A model generated the notes under the pieces. It had not been told where the DNA came from, ran no database searches, and saw only the letters and a list, made by a program, of their open reading frames with translations. DNA of 46,535 bases, the filler included, from Streblomastix strix (lineage: Eukaryota), in the NCBI GenBank assembly GCA_008636045.1. It is 2 parts of 2 records of this genome, joined end to end, with 100 filler letters (N's around TTAATTAATTAA, not from the genome) between each part and the next. Parts side by side here need not be neighbours in the genome. Positions count along the whole stretch, not along the records: positions 1 to 23,224 come from SNRW01000295.1; positions 23,325 to 46,535 come from SNRW01000296.1. One strand, 5' to 3'. The position numbers and the translations under genes were made by a program. Positions 13,290 to 26,328 of the stretch are shown here, in pieces; within the stretch, counting starts at the first letter, position 1; every line of letters begins with the position of its first letter.

Positions 13290-13491
13290 TTGTTTCTTAG
13301 TAATTTATATAATCAATGCGTGTAAATAATGGTAAAAATGTGATAGAATCATTGATACTAAGCGTTGATTTTCCACAACTTTCCATTTTCAAATAATTGT
13401 TTAGATTCCCAGTATTCTGAACAAAGTGTATAAATTATGATAAAAATATGCTAGAATCGTTGATAAATGAGGTTAATTGTCCAGAACGACC
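13277..13491 (-). repeat. Right terminal inverted repeat of the pPolB element
   Basis: Reverse complement of 5631-5843. Confidence 0.92.
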
Positions 13492-13619
13492 CATTAGCTC
13501 ACACAATCGAGATTTCTTTGGCATAAAGTGCTCCTCAAGTGTTCCATACGAAAATATTATATCTTAGTCAGTTTTAATTTAATATGCTCAACTGCTAACA
13601 TTTTACGCTCTGAACTCAT
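13492..13619 (-). pseudogene. N-terminal fragment of a second, diverged pogo transposase copy
   Basis: IFSYGTLEEHFMPKKSRLCELMG matches TFSYRMHEELFMLKKSRLYELTG at about 5466-5540. Confidence 0.75.
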
Positions 13620-14124
13620 GGAAATAAATTGAATTTATCAACCCAAAGATTTTTGTGAATTGATTTAATTTATTTTATATTAAAGTAATAAGTTAATAAT
13701 AATCAAAGAATTTTTTATTATTTAAATTAAAAAATATGCTAATTGTTTGGTTTTAAAACGGTGTACGGGCTTAAAACGAATATCTGTATTTTTTGACAAA
13801 AATTCACCGGGCCTAGATTTGTTTTAAATATAATTTCATCCATGTTGTAATGTTAACATAGAAGGTTTAACATGAAATATATTGTATTAACATTATTTAC
13901 AGTCCGTAAACCAAGAAATTTTATTTTGATTTAAATACAATAAAATGAAAATATTTTATTGGTTCTATTTAGAATAAACATATCCATTAGTTATTCAGCT
14001 AATAATGTGAAATGTATTTCATATATTTATTGATCTTTGATCTAACTGTTTGATTTATTATATTGGGTTAATAAATCTATTTATCATTAATACAATTATT
14101 AAATCAGCATTATAGGTATATTTT

Positions 14125-15689
14125 TCATTACTTTTTTTCAAATAAACAGCATTTAAATGCTTCTATTTCCTCAAATGTTCCATATTCTTCCATTTACTCT
14201 GATAATTCTTTATGTGTTTGTTAAACTTATGCATCTTCAAATATTAATCCATGAAGATGATAACATAAATAAATAATATCTGCAAGCATATATTAAATAG
14301 TGTCATAATCTTCAATTACATTTCCTCCAGCTAAAGAAATAGTCTCAATAATAGAAATTGTGTATCCATGTTAGAAAAGTGCTGTTTTTGCTTCAGATCT
14401 GCCAAGAATTCTAATTTTACTCAAACAGAGTAAAATATTTGTCTTAATTTATATGTTTTTATTATAATTTTCTTTATTATATGAATTATATCCAAATCTT
14501 TTGAATTTAGTAAGTTCAATAAGAGTTGGAATTAATTATGAATTGTTGTTGATTGTATAATTTACATTTGTTTCACTGTTTAAAATAAAGAATTAGAGAA
14601 ATCTGACTGTTTATAATATGAATTAAGTAGGATAATACTTTGATATTAGTTATGATGGTGTTGAAGAAGAATGAACTTAGTCAAATTTTAATAAAGAAGT
14701 TTTACTATTACTATTATTCTTTTTATTCATTTTTATAGATTTTGTTTATTCAGCGATATTATTAATATGCAGAATTATATGTGAAGTGATATTAAACTGA
14801 TCATCTGTAAAGTATTTCATGTATTTTATGTAGTGCTCAGAAAATTAAATGAGTATTTTATATACAATTGATTGGAGATCATATATAATAGAAGAAGGAA
14901 TAATATTCAATCTATGGATGCAATGCAGGCTGTCATCACAATTAATGTGAATAAGTGGGAAAATGATGTTATTAAGTTATAATTAATTTAATAAATAAAG
15001 ATTATTACTAACAGTAAGATTAATCGATTCTAATAATTTTGATATATTGATTATTTGTTTATTAATTTCATCGCTTTATAATTGTTTATCTAATCAATAT
15101 TTTCTGTTTATTTGTTAGAATTAATCATTTTCATCAGAATGGATATATTTCTCGATACATGTTAAGTACATATGTCAAGACCTCAAGAATACACTCTTTG
15201 ATTCTCATATATAAAACATAATACATTAGCCAGTTATTGTGATATATCAATATTTGATTGCAATTTGTATTCTTGTTCATCAAGTGATAATTTGGCTTGC
15301 AATAACACTTCAATCTATTCAGGGAGTTATGATTCACATACATATTTGAAGTAATAATTACACTCTGAAGTATTTCTAATTTCACTACCTCTTATAAGGA
15401 GAATTTCAAGGAATTTCAATAAAGCAATTTGTGGTAAAGTTTCGCATTAGCCAATGTTAAGCAGAATTACTTTGAATAATTTTGTCTGTATGCCTGATTT
15501 AAGTTTATATTCATCAAGTTGCTGGGCTTCTTCACAGAGTTGGAGAATCATATTAGTTTGTTACTACTCGCTCAATTAGCTATTAATAAATATTTCTTTT
15601 ATCTTTTTAGCATTGATTGTTACACTACAAAATTGTGTTTATTTGTTAGTGTAATTTTCATTACTATCTGCTTACAAACTATTCAACAT
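14125..15689 (-). CDS. Hypothetical helical host protein (frame break near 15385; possible pseudogene)
   Basis: Long code-6 open stretches from MLNSLQADSNENY to EEYGTFEEIEAFKCCLFEKKQ-TGA; no family recognised. Confidence 0.45.
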
Positions 15690-16676
15690 GATAATTCAAT
15701 CTAATAAGATAAAATTTATAAAATAAATTAATAAAGTATAGTGAAAATATTCTTAATTTATTTAAAATAAAATTCAAAGCGATTTATCCATGAATATGAT
15801 ATTAAATGACTAATAAATAAAAGTTTTATTATGAACATATGTTTGTATATAACATTTATTTTGTATAATATCGATTAAAATTTTATTGCGTTCAGTAAAT
15901 TGCAAATTATTGGAATGTTCAATTAAAGGAAATATTGTTGTTAAATTATAATTATTAAATATAATATCGATAGACAAATTTTTATCTTGCAAATTCAAAT
16001 GCTGTATTTATATTTTAGTATTTCCTTGTCAGGTAAAAGTGAATTTTACGATTTAGCAATTTTTCAGAAGCTAAATTAAGATTATCAAGAGTTGAAATAT
16101 TTCAATTCCTCTTTATTGTGATAATATTACACTTATTAAACAGCATTTAACATAATATTTGCAGAGAGCGGAACAAATTGCCTATTCTTTCCATATCTTG
16201 CCATATTTTCATTTCATTCATCAAATTTCAGTTTGTAAATATTTATTAAAATTAATTATTTTCTAATTTGACCTATAACAATGATAAGATTAGCAGCTAT
16301 TTTACCCACAAATATTAATTTGAATCAACGCATGTTACGCTCTTCTTGAATAAAATGTATTTATTACATTAAAATATTCTTTACGAAATATACATTATAG
16401 ATCTATTAATACTAAAACCAAAAGATATATTTATCAAAACCTAATTTGAAAATATGAACGATATTTAATATTTTACAAAAGTTAATAAATCCATGCAAAT
16501 TTACTTATTTTTATAATATACTATTTAATATTTTGTTATATATGCTTTATTCTTTGAATTCATATTTATATAATTTTTTAAAATTAATACAATAAGAAGA
16601 AAATACTTTATTAAATAAAAATTATTTATTCTCCTTATTTTGATCTTTTTGCTCATATTAATAAAATTAGACTAAA

Positions 16677-17262
16677 ATGAGTACAGAAACAGAATAGCCT
16701 GAAACTCCAGCTACTTAACCTGTAGAACCCGAAGTTTACTCTGGTAATCTTAGCTTCTTAAACTAAGGGATATCGTAAGATAAAATTATTCTCTTAATTT
16801 TATTCAATATTTATATATTTTTTCTTTTCAGTCCAAAAACACTTAAAATATTGAATATCGCTTTTATATTTATGATACTATCCAATATATCAATGGTAGT
16901 AGCATCAAAGTTGAACGGAGAAGTGAGTATCCATGTAATTATTCTCTTATGCATGAGTGTACTATTCATCTCAATCTGGTTCTGGTGTGGTTTTAATATT
17001 AATAATATCTAAATAATATATATTACATGTAAATTATCTTATATTTAGGTATATTAACAATCTTAAGAAGAGCGGTATTTTAGATTAAATGTATTAAGAT
17101 CATGCAATTGCTGAATAGAAAGCGAAAGAGGCTCAAGAAAAGGCACGTGCTGACGCTATAAAGGCTGCTCTTGATATAAAAGATGATGAACATAATGATA
17201 ACGAAGAACATTAACAAAATAATGAAGATGAAAACATTGCTGATACTGAAAAACATGAGTGA
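16677..17262 (+). CDS. Small two-TM ER membrane protein, Pkr1-like (V-ATPase assembly factor); 2 introns
   Basis: Spliced product MSTETEQ...FLNQGISPKTLKILNIAFIFMIL...SIHVIILLCMSVLFISIWFWYI plus a charged tail; SIH-hydrophobic-W pattern resembles Pkr1. Confidence 0.55.
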
Positions 17263-17807
17263 TTTTTTGTCAATACATTTTCATATTAAGTTTGCATACT
17301 TTTTATTCAACCAACAGATGTAATTTTTTTTAGTTATGAAATTTTTTGTTTATATGCTTGCTTATATATTTGAAAAATATTATACTATTGTAATTATTGA
17401 TGGTTGATAGCGAGGTATTCAAGGTCCAAATAATCCAGGTTCGATAATACAGGCTTTTTGCCTTTTTCAGGTGATATACATATATTATATTCACATAGTA
17501 GTTATATATTCAATTATTTGTAAATACAAATGAAATATTGACTTTATGTCGAAAAAATTGAACATTTTATGCATTTTCAATTTGTGCCCTAACCATTGTA
17601 ATATAAATTAAATATCATATTTATTTCTGGCAATAATAAGTGTCTACCCAAATAATATATAACGAATAATTTATTACCCATCTAATAGACTCTATATTGA
17701 GTTTCAAAAAAAATATTTTTAAAACACGAAAATCACATGCAAAAAGAATTTAAAATTGATTTTTTTATTTATAATAAATTATTTTATTGTTAGTAATTCT
17801 TCAAGTT

Positions 17808-19394
17808 ATGACACCGTTCAATCCATTTCGTATAGCCGCTGATTTGTGCCACATAGCATCAAGGGTTCTTCTCATTCACACAATTCACCATAGATAGTCA
17901 GCCGAAGGTAAATAATTAAATAAATAACTATTTTAATTGGACTTTATCTTCCATTTTTTACCAATTGCAGGGCTGTCACTTAAAACTCAAGTGCTTTATT
18001 TCATCGTCTTTGTCACACGATATGTAGGTTAGATTTTTTATTCATGTAGAATTGTTATATATCTGCTCATATTTACATATAAATACTCAAAATTACTCAT
18101 TTTCATTATATTTGTGCATTTTAGATCTATTTTGGAACTGGAGTATACTCTACAACATATTCTTTAAGATTATCTACATTCTAACTACGGCACTGACATG
18201 TTATATGATTGGAATCAAATATAAAGGTCTAATATATTATATTATTTGAGATTAATATAATATAATATAATATTTTTATTAAATTATTCCTTTATTAATA
18301 ACATTATTGTTTGTTATATATATAATATATATAATCATAATAGGAACGTATAAGGATTATCAGGACAGATTCAATTACCTGTACTTAATAATACCTGCAT
18401 TTGTGCTTTGTACGATATTCAACAACAATCACAAGAGGCCATTTGAGTATATGTACTCATTCTCATTGTTTCTGGAGGTGTGAAATATATTGGAATAACA
18501 TATTGTATTTATTATTATTAATTAAGATTTAGTATATAATTGTTTAATGTATTATTTATTAAATTAAACATTACCTTTCTCATACCAATAACTTAATCTA
18601 TATTTATTTCCTATTTAATATTCATATTTCATATTCTAAATATCAGTCAGTAGCCATTCTTCCATAACTGGTTCTTCTTCAGGAATAAGAATCGGTTGAG
18701 AATATCACTGGGAATTATATATTCATGCTGGGGTTCTATAGGTATTGGATTATGTATTATATATAATTATTATATATAATTATTATGCATATAATATATT
18801 ATTTTATGTTTAATTGCATTCTTTTTTATACATTAAACAATATTAAATAATAAACATTCAATTTCTATTTATTTATATTCTTAAATTATATCATTTCAGA
18901 GTTCTCTACATTATGAACTGGATTTGGAGACTTGCTACTGAATAAGGGTATGAATTATTATTACTATATATGTAAATATATAATATATTATTGTTGATGT
19001 ATATAATTAAATATTAGTTCTACTTTTTCATATTTATTATATGAAATTCATTAACTTAAAGTTATTTAATATTTTCTTTATTTGTATTGTTTAATTCTCA
19101 TTTTTATTTTCTTTATATAATAATATAAATATTTATTATATTTCAGTTACCGAGCGTGGATTCAGTGGACTTGTGGAATTGTGCAATCTCTGCTTTATGC
19201 TGATTTCTTCTATTTGTACTTAAAGTATGTAATATGTAATTTAATATATAGGAAAATATATATTACTATGAAATTTAGTTTATATATATTTATTTAATAT
19301 AATATCTATATAATATATAATTATATTATTTTCTTTCATATAATTATTGCTCAGAGCGAGGGCGAATGGAAAGAAATTAGTATTGCCTGGTTGA
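17808..19394 (+). CDS. ERD2: ER lumen protein-retaining (KDEL) receptor; multiple introns
   Basis: NPFRIAADLCH, GLSLKTQVLY..VFVTRYVDLF, FLESVAILPQL (Q = TAA), YIFMLGFYRVLYIMNWI, GIVQSLLYADFFYLY. Confidence 0.97.
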
Positions 19395-19921
19395 TTATGC
19401 AGATATTTATGAATATGATGAAGATAAAGATAATAATAAATGGATAAATATATCTAATTCTTCTTTCCTTGTTATTCATTTCATAATGAACTTTATTAAA
19501 AACTTGAAATGATAATGATTTGATTAATGATAATTTTAAATAATGCCGAAGAGTTCTTTTTAATTTACCATCTTTTATTATCCATATATTTTTCAAAATA
19601 AAATAGAATAACTAAAAATTTTCATTATAAAACTTAAAATTGAACTATTTTAATCTAATTAATTAATATTTTAATAGCCTAATCCAAAGTTCGATATAAA
19701 ACAATTAAAACAATTTTACTCAAAGTTCAAGAATAATTACGCATATTTATATATTATTTTATGCAAGTTATAATATTTTCATATATTTTATCAAAAAATT
19801 ATTTAATTATATTTACACAATTCGTGAAAACATTGATTTTATTTTATTTTTTAATATTTTCAAGGAATATCTATTATTTATCTTTATATATTTATAAAAA
19901 TAACTAAATTAATAAGGATTA

Positions 19922-22900
19922 ATGAATTCACCCAGTAAAGTCAACTTGTAATAGGTATAATTTATATAGAAAACTACATCGTTTTTTTATCAATCATTCC
20001 TTTCACTTTTTTAGGCTCAATCAAACAATAAATTGAAAATTAAAGAATAAATTGGACAAAACCATACAAACTTATTATAATTGTTCCAGAAATAGCCTGA
20101 ATACTCAGAAATGTGTGAAAATCCGAGGAAATTTGTTCCTCTGCTTATTTCTCAGTGCATGGTGTGCAAAAACTCTATAACATATATAATTTTACTAATT
20201 TTCTTGTTTGATATAACTTTTTCTTATTTTTATTACTTATTTCATCATAGGGAGAGATAGCTCAATTTACTGAACCTTATTCAAATTAAAATGAAACGAA
20301 CAGTTAATCTCCTTCAAAATTTTCTTCGTCTTCTCTTTCTATTCTGGTGAAACTTGCAAAAGAGAATATGAAATGTAGAAGGATAGTGTCTGAATCCACA
20401 AGTTTAATCAAAGCACTTATTCATTTACTTTGGAGAAGAACAAACAACGAAAAATTAGGGAATAATGATTCAAATTAGAAAAGTATATCAATTTGCTTTA
20501 TTATAGTAATTATAATTCAATTATTTTCCTAATTTATTTTCTTCCTTTATATACCATATATTATATATCATAGCTCAATCTCCATCCTCAACAATAGTCA
20601 CTCCTTAAATATTCAGATAATTAAACTCACCTTCTTCTTCATATTCATTTAATTCAATTAGTTCATTGAATGGATAATCAAATAAATAGAAGAGAAATCA
20701 AGTAACATCTCCATACAGATAGAAATCCCTTGTTAATGTGTTTGAGAGCTAGAATTCATTCAAACATAATTAATAGAATAAGTAATTTTTTGAAGGAGGA
20801 AATGATATATAATAATAATAGTAAAATAAAGAATAATTAGTTCTGAGTAAAGAAGAAAAGAAGAAACAGTAATAAATATTCAATGAATTGGTTGTTTCTG
20901 CTTTGGAATTGTTTGAAATTCTTGTTGAGAGTGGAGAACTATCTATTGAGGTATAAATAATAATAATATATTATTATGTAAAATATCAATTATTTATTAG
21001 TAAGATTAAATATTTATTAATTATTGTTTTATTATTTGTTTCATCTAAATCAGGAATTGGGAGGAGTTGATTCATATGTTGCTGCTTCATAATTGAGAGA
21101 TTTAAATATTACTGATGTGTGGAAAAGAAAATAAATAAATAAAAATATAAGTAAAATGAAAATTTAAATTTTTTTGATTTTTAATCTTATAATAATACAA
21201 ATTTATTTATCATATATAATTTACTTACCTATATAACAATATAATATACTTTAACCAGATCTCAATTAAGTCCTAACAATATATCTAATAATGGTTATTA
21301 AGAGGATATCCTAATGTAGATATATACCAATATATTAAACAGAAGAAAGAGAAAGATAAAGAAAAACAAATAATCTAAAATAGCAAATTGCAAATAGAAG
21401 AAAGATTATCATGGTAAACATAGACAACAGTACCATATACAGCATCATCTAGTATATCAATATCATATACATAGTAATAATAGTAATAACAGTAATCATC
21501 TTCATCTTCCCCATAAAGAGAAAGATTCTCACCATCTCCAGCAGCACTCTGAAGAATAAGGATTGATTCATCATTCATTCCATTTGCTCATTCATCATAT
21601 GCATTGCCTGATGATGGTATTGAATCTATAGATTAATAATAATAAGAAGAATAAGAATATAATGAATTAAATAAAGATAAGAAGAATAAGAATAAGAAAA
21701 TAAAGAATAATAAGAAAGAATAAATACCATTAAATGAAGTAACACCAACAAATTCACTTTCATCTTCATCATATATCAAGACACCATTGAATAACAACAT
21801 TAATATTACTTCATTGAACGATCTAGAAATAATAGAACATAAACAGCAGGATATATAAGATATCAATAACCTTGATACAATAATAAAGAAGATCAACAAC
21901 TCAATAACAGTATCAACATAGAATACAATTAAGTAATTAGAGCAATCTGTTGGTTATAAGGAAGATGAAAATAAGAGATTGAAGGTAGTTGTTAGGAAGA
22001 AAGGAGATAAAGAAGAGAAGTTGAAATGTATGAATAATTAATATATTATATATTATTTAATAATTAATTGATTAATCTATTTAATAAATCTATTTATTCA
22101 TATTATTATATATTTAATCAATCTATATATTTATTTCTATATAATTTAATCTATTTATTAATTATTTAATCTATTTATTATATAATTTATTAACTATTTA
22201 TTCATTTCTATATAATTTATTTGTTAATATATTAATTAGCCTCAATTAGAGAATTAGTAGATACAGGAAGAGAGAAAGATCGATTAATTGTAATATTAGA
22301 AGAGGAATTAAGGAGATTAAAGAGACATTAGAAGGAAACTGAGAAGAAACGTATGATTAGTTGAATATAAATATTATATGAATATTAAATATAATAGAAT
22401 ATTAAATATAATAGAATTAAAATATAATAGAATATTAAATGAATACAAATGAATGATAAATTATTTATATTATATTAATGTTATATTATATTTATATTAA
22501 CAGTCAATTCATTAATGGAATCATAGTAAGATTAATCTGTAAATCCATTAAATACACAAAAGAATATTTCATTGGTTCAATAATTTGATTAGACTAATAA
22601 TGGATCAATTCTATTAACTGTAGGAAGATTCTTTGAGTATGCTTTATTATAGAAGATATTAATAAGAAAGAAATTTGAATTATAATAAATAATATTATTA
22701 GTAATAATTATTATTATTTATCTTTATTATCTAATTTTCTATTTACTATTATCACTCGAATCAAGTTCCAACAACCAATCTCTCGCAGGATAAGCATTTG
22801 TACTCCTCGATCGCAGAATAGACAAACTACCTTCACAATAACTAAAGATACTCAGCACGTAATTCTATACTCTATATTCAGATCTAGCAAAGATACTCAT

Positions 22901-23224
22901 CAATTATATGGACTTTGAGAGAGATATAGGATCAGATAATGCATAGAAGATGATAGATGATGGAGATTACAGATTTATGAGAGGTAAGATTCCAGGTCTG
23001 AATAATAAGTTGGTCTGGGGGTGTGAAGCTGATCAATAAGGTGTTGGTAATGAGGATGATATGATGGATATGGATATTATAGATGATGATGAATTGGATA
23101 ATAAGAATAAAGGTAAAAGGAAGTGTTATGCATGTAGATACTTTCTTAGATAGAAGAAGAAAGAAGAAAAAGAAAGATAAAGAATAATTGAATAAGAAAG
23201 ATTAAGAGAAGAAGAAGAATATGA
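19922..23224 (+). CDS. Large multi-exon hypothetical host protein (Q/S-rich, coiled coil), cut by the gap
   Basis: Successive code-6 open exons separated by AT-rich GT-AG introns; exon boundaries approximate. Confidence 0.6.
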
Positions 23225-23324
23225 NNNNNNNNNNNNNNNNNNNNNNNNNNNNNNNNNNNNNNNNNNNNTTAATTAATTAANNNNNNNNNNNNNNNNNNNN
23301 NNNNNNNNNNNNNNNNNNNNNNNN
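23225..23324. other. Artificial contig linker N44-TTAATTAATTAA-N44
   Basis: Exactly 100 bp, symmetric, with a six-frame-stop core. Confidence 0.95.
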
Positions 23325-23729
23325 ATATATTATTGCCATGGCCCCAAGCCGAGAGAGAAATCATTGTGTGGATAAAGGCCAAAATAATTATTTATTTATT
23401 TATTTTATCGCTGTTTTACGCGTTTTTGAGGCCTTAACGGTTAAGTTAGCCCATTAATTTAGCTATTAGTGAAGCAAGATTCCTTGCACTATACTACGTT
23501 TTTCTGGCTATAATTACTCCGAATTAGAGTAATAATTAATTTTCAAAATTTTTTAAAAAATAAACATGGGTGCAAATTACCTTTTCTCTAACTGAAATTA
23601 ATATGTTGGACCAATTTGGTTCAGACCCCAATTAGTTCGTCGGCCGGAATTCGGCTAACACCGTTTATTTTTATTAAATGGAATAATTTATCACTGATAA
23701 AGTAAATCGGTTAATTAATATGTTGAATT

Positions 23730-24737
23730 ATGAAGGAATTTATTAATAACATTAATTACTTGTTCAACGAACACATTAATATTATTGATTAATTTCAAGG
23801 TAAAAGTATCGAATAATGGAATAAATTATATGTAGATGAATACAATACCAAAAATATATAAAAGTAAAAATAAAAATATCATGAAGTTAATCAATATCAA
23901 TATTAACCCTGTGAAAAGATTTAAGATTATAAATTAAAACCATTAGCAAAATATTAACGTCCGTACTTTTCTCCACAGTTAAGATCATGGGAAATTGATA
24001 TAGGATTCTTCAAATAATTATTGTTATTATTTATTATCAATGTCAACATTAAATATTTTATTATTTATCCAATCCGAACAAAAGAGAAAAAATAACTAAT
24101 TCCAGCTCTAGACTAGCTAATATAATCCGAGTACGTGACAATTATTAGATCAGATGGGGAAGCATCATTTGGAAATAAATAAATAAGGGATCTATTAATG
24201 AAACATAATATATAATATTTTTTTAACAAATCCCTATTCACGAATAAAAATAGAGTGGTAGATAGCGTGATAAGAAATATGAGGAGTAAATTAATAAATT
24301 TACAAGTATCTAATCATGTATTATAATAAATAGCTGACGAGTATAACAATACCAAGCATAGTTCATTCAACAATAAATATTCTCCGACATAAGTAAATGA
24401 ATCACGTGATTTAGAAGGTAGTTACATTCGTCAAAAGTAAAAAGAACTAGAAGGTAAAATTAATCTATAAAGAAAAGATCAATTATTAAATTTACAAGTA
24501 GGTAACATTATTTTGATCCACTTAGATTTGGCTAAAACAAAACATTAATTTGATAAATAACGTAGAAACTTTAATGAGCTTGCTACCTTTATTAAATATA
24601 ATCATGGTAATGTAGTTTGTAAGCTATTGATGTCCTATAAGGATATAACTGAAGTTGAAGTTCCTAGTTATTATACTAAATTTATATCTAGTGACCTTGA
24701 TTAATTGGAAGATAAATTCAAAAAATAATTTTTATGA
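23730..24737 (+). CDS. Retroviral-type (RVE) integrase, homologous to 11953-13289
   Basis: RPYFSPQLRSWEIDIG, IINVNIKY, IRSDGEASF, NRVVDSVIRNM, YNNTKHSS, GNIILIHLDL, RRNFNELA; open frame of 336 codons. Confidence 0.9.
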
Positions 24738-24760
24738 ACTTTTTATTTTTAATTCAAACC

Positions 24761-25039
24761 ATGGAATAAATTAACGAAGTAATTTAAGATAATGTTCCGA
24801 CTAAAATTAAAGGAAGGCCTAAAAAATATTTTACTACTGATGTAGCTAAATAGCGAGCTAAAGAATAAAGATAGTAGTTTAAATAGCGATAAAGGGATAA
24901 AGTTAAATAATTTAGAAAAGATGTTACGGCAAAATAATTAGTTATACCCAAACTACTAAATAAATATATAATTTAATAGGAGGACATTAATCATATTATG
25001 ACAATACTCGAAAAATATGTAAATAAGACATAAAATTGA
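24761..25039 (+). CDS. Small basic AT-hook-like protein
   Basis: MEQINEVIQDNVPTKIKGRPKKYFT followed by a basic helical region; 92 aa. Confidence 0.65.
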
Positions 25040-26328
25040 TCATTTCTTTTTTTAATAATTATTTTTGTCCCTTTAACGTTTTGTTTAACTCTCCTTTTGA
25101 AATTTAGTTCTTCTTCTTTCTCAGCATATTTAACAACGATTATTTATCTAATTTAACCTGAGCTTATCTTAGTACTGTTTATCCTTCATTAGTATACCAT
25201 TAATATTTCCAATCTGGAAAATGTTATTAATTGAAAAATTAGTTAATTGCTTATTTACCTCAACCTGTTGCACCAACTACATATTTTATTCCATTTATTA
25301 TTTCATCATTAACTTCTTATGCTTCTTCACCCATTTAATTTTTAGCTTAACTTTACGACATTTGTCCCTAAATAAATTTACTCGTTTATGGTTAATTCAA
25401 CTCATCGACTACCTTCATAGCTGTTAACTATATTTATCTTAATTATCTCAATACACTACTACTTGGATCATTAAATTATTAATTTGGTTATTACTAATTT
25501 AGTTATTATTAATCTAATCGCTATTATATTGCGTCCTCTTTCGGTGAAGCTTATTAGGGATTTTATTCTACATCACTTTCTTTATATATTTCTTTAGCTA
25601 ATTGAACTCCTTTTTATCCATATTGGTTCAGCTATATTAATTCTACATCAGGCGATATATGTTAGGCCATACATTCCATTTAATTTCCGGGTTCATGTAT
25701 TCGAACGTTAATATTGAAATCTTATTCTCTCTCTATCCTCTTAGGATTAATTTGTACTGGTAATGGTTATTTAATATCGCTAAAACGGGGATCTTTTATA
25801 CCTTCATTCTATTTAACTATTCTATCAAAAGTTTTATTATGTTTCTTTTAACATTAATTCCCTTTATTCTTATTGGTCATCCAACAATTATCAGGCATCA
25901 TCATTCTGTACAATTCTTTTCATTAAATGTTTATCCTAAATTATTTCTTCCCAATCAGGACCTAAAATAACTTTACTGGCATCTTTATATGATGTTGGTG
26001 TAATTGTATTTTTAAACTCTCTAAGCCCTTCATCACTTATTTCTAATTTAGGATCTATTGCAATAAATTAATTCCTTAATTATTCAAAGGCCATATCACC
26101 ACGTATTACTTTAGATGGATCAATTTAATTAGTATGTCGTATATCTATGTCCAATAATTTTCGCTCTTATCTCATTCCTTTGATGGAATATGGATATTTT
26201 GTGGATGAGAACTATGGTAATTGATTAATATCAATTATGTGTTTATTATACCGTATATTAATACCTTCACTAAGATCTGATGAATCTGAATCTGATTTTT
26301 TACTCTTACTCTTATGCTTCTTACTCAT
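25040..26328 (-). pseudogene. Hypothetical viral protein(s), frameshifted
   Basis: Starts MSKKHKSKSKKSDSDSSDL; long code-6 open segments with breaks. Confidence 0.45.

Larger units (their letters stand above)
5631..13491. mobile_element. Capsid-less Polinton-like TIR element (pPolB + retroviral-type integrase), about 7.9 kb
   Basis: Near-identical inverted repeats of about 210 bp at 5631-5843 and 13277-13491, beginning GGTCGTTCTGGA; they enclose convergent pPolB and integrase genes. Confidence 0.88.
4194..13786. mobile_element. pogo/Tc1-mariner-superfamily DNA transposon (composite)
   Basis: 33-bp TIRs: CAGATATCCGTTTTAGGACCGGACACCGTTTTA (4194-4226) versus the inverted copy at 13754-13786, with 4 mismatches. 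TA on both sides (4192-93, 13787-88). DDE_1 transposase inside. Confidence 0.9.
3394..13815. mobile_element. Non-autonomous hAT-like element (about 830 bp without its nested inserts)
   Basis: Ends are TAGGGCTGG... and ...CCGGGCCTA. Flanking 8-bp TSD is GATTTGAT (3386-3393) / GATTTGTT (13816-13823). Subterminal regions are rich in CCGG motifs (3411-3470, 4175-4185, 13807-13811). Confidence 0.65.

Noticed and set aside
23225..23324. Physical linkage between the pPolB element and the capsid-encoding element
   Set aside because: They are separated by an artificial linker, so adjacency cannot be assumed
23345..23385. AGAGAG as the Polinton left terminus
   Set aside because: It fits the AG-start convention, but no inverted partner or TSD is visible in the window
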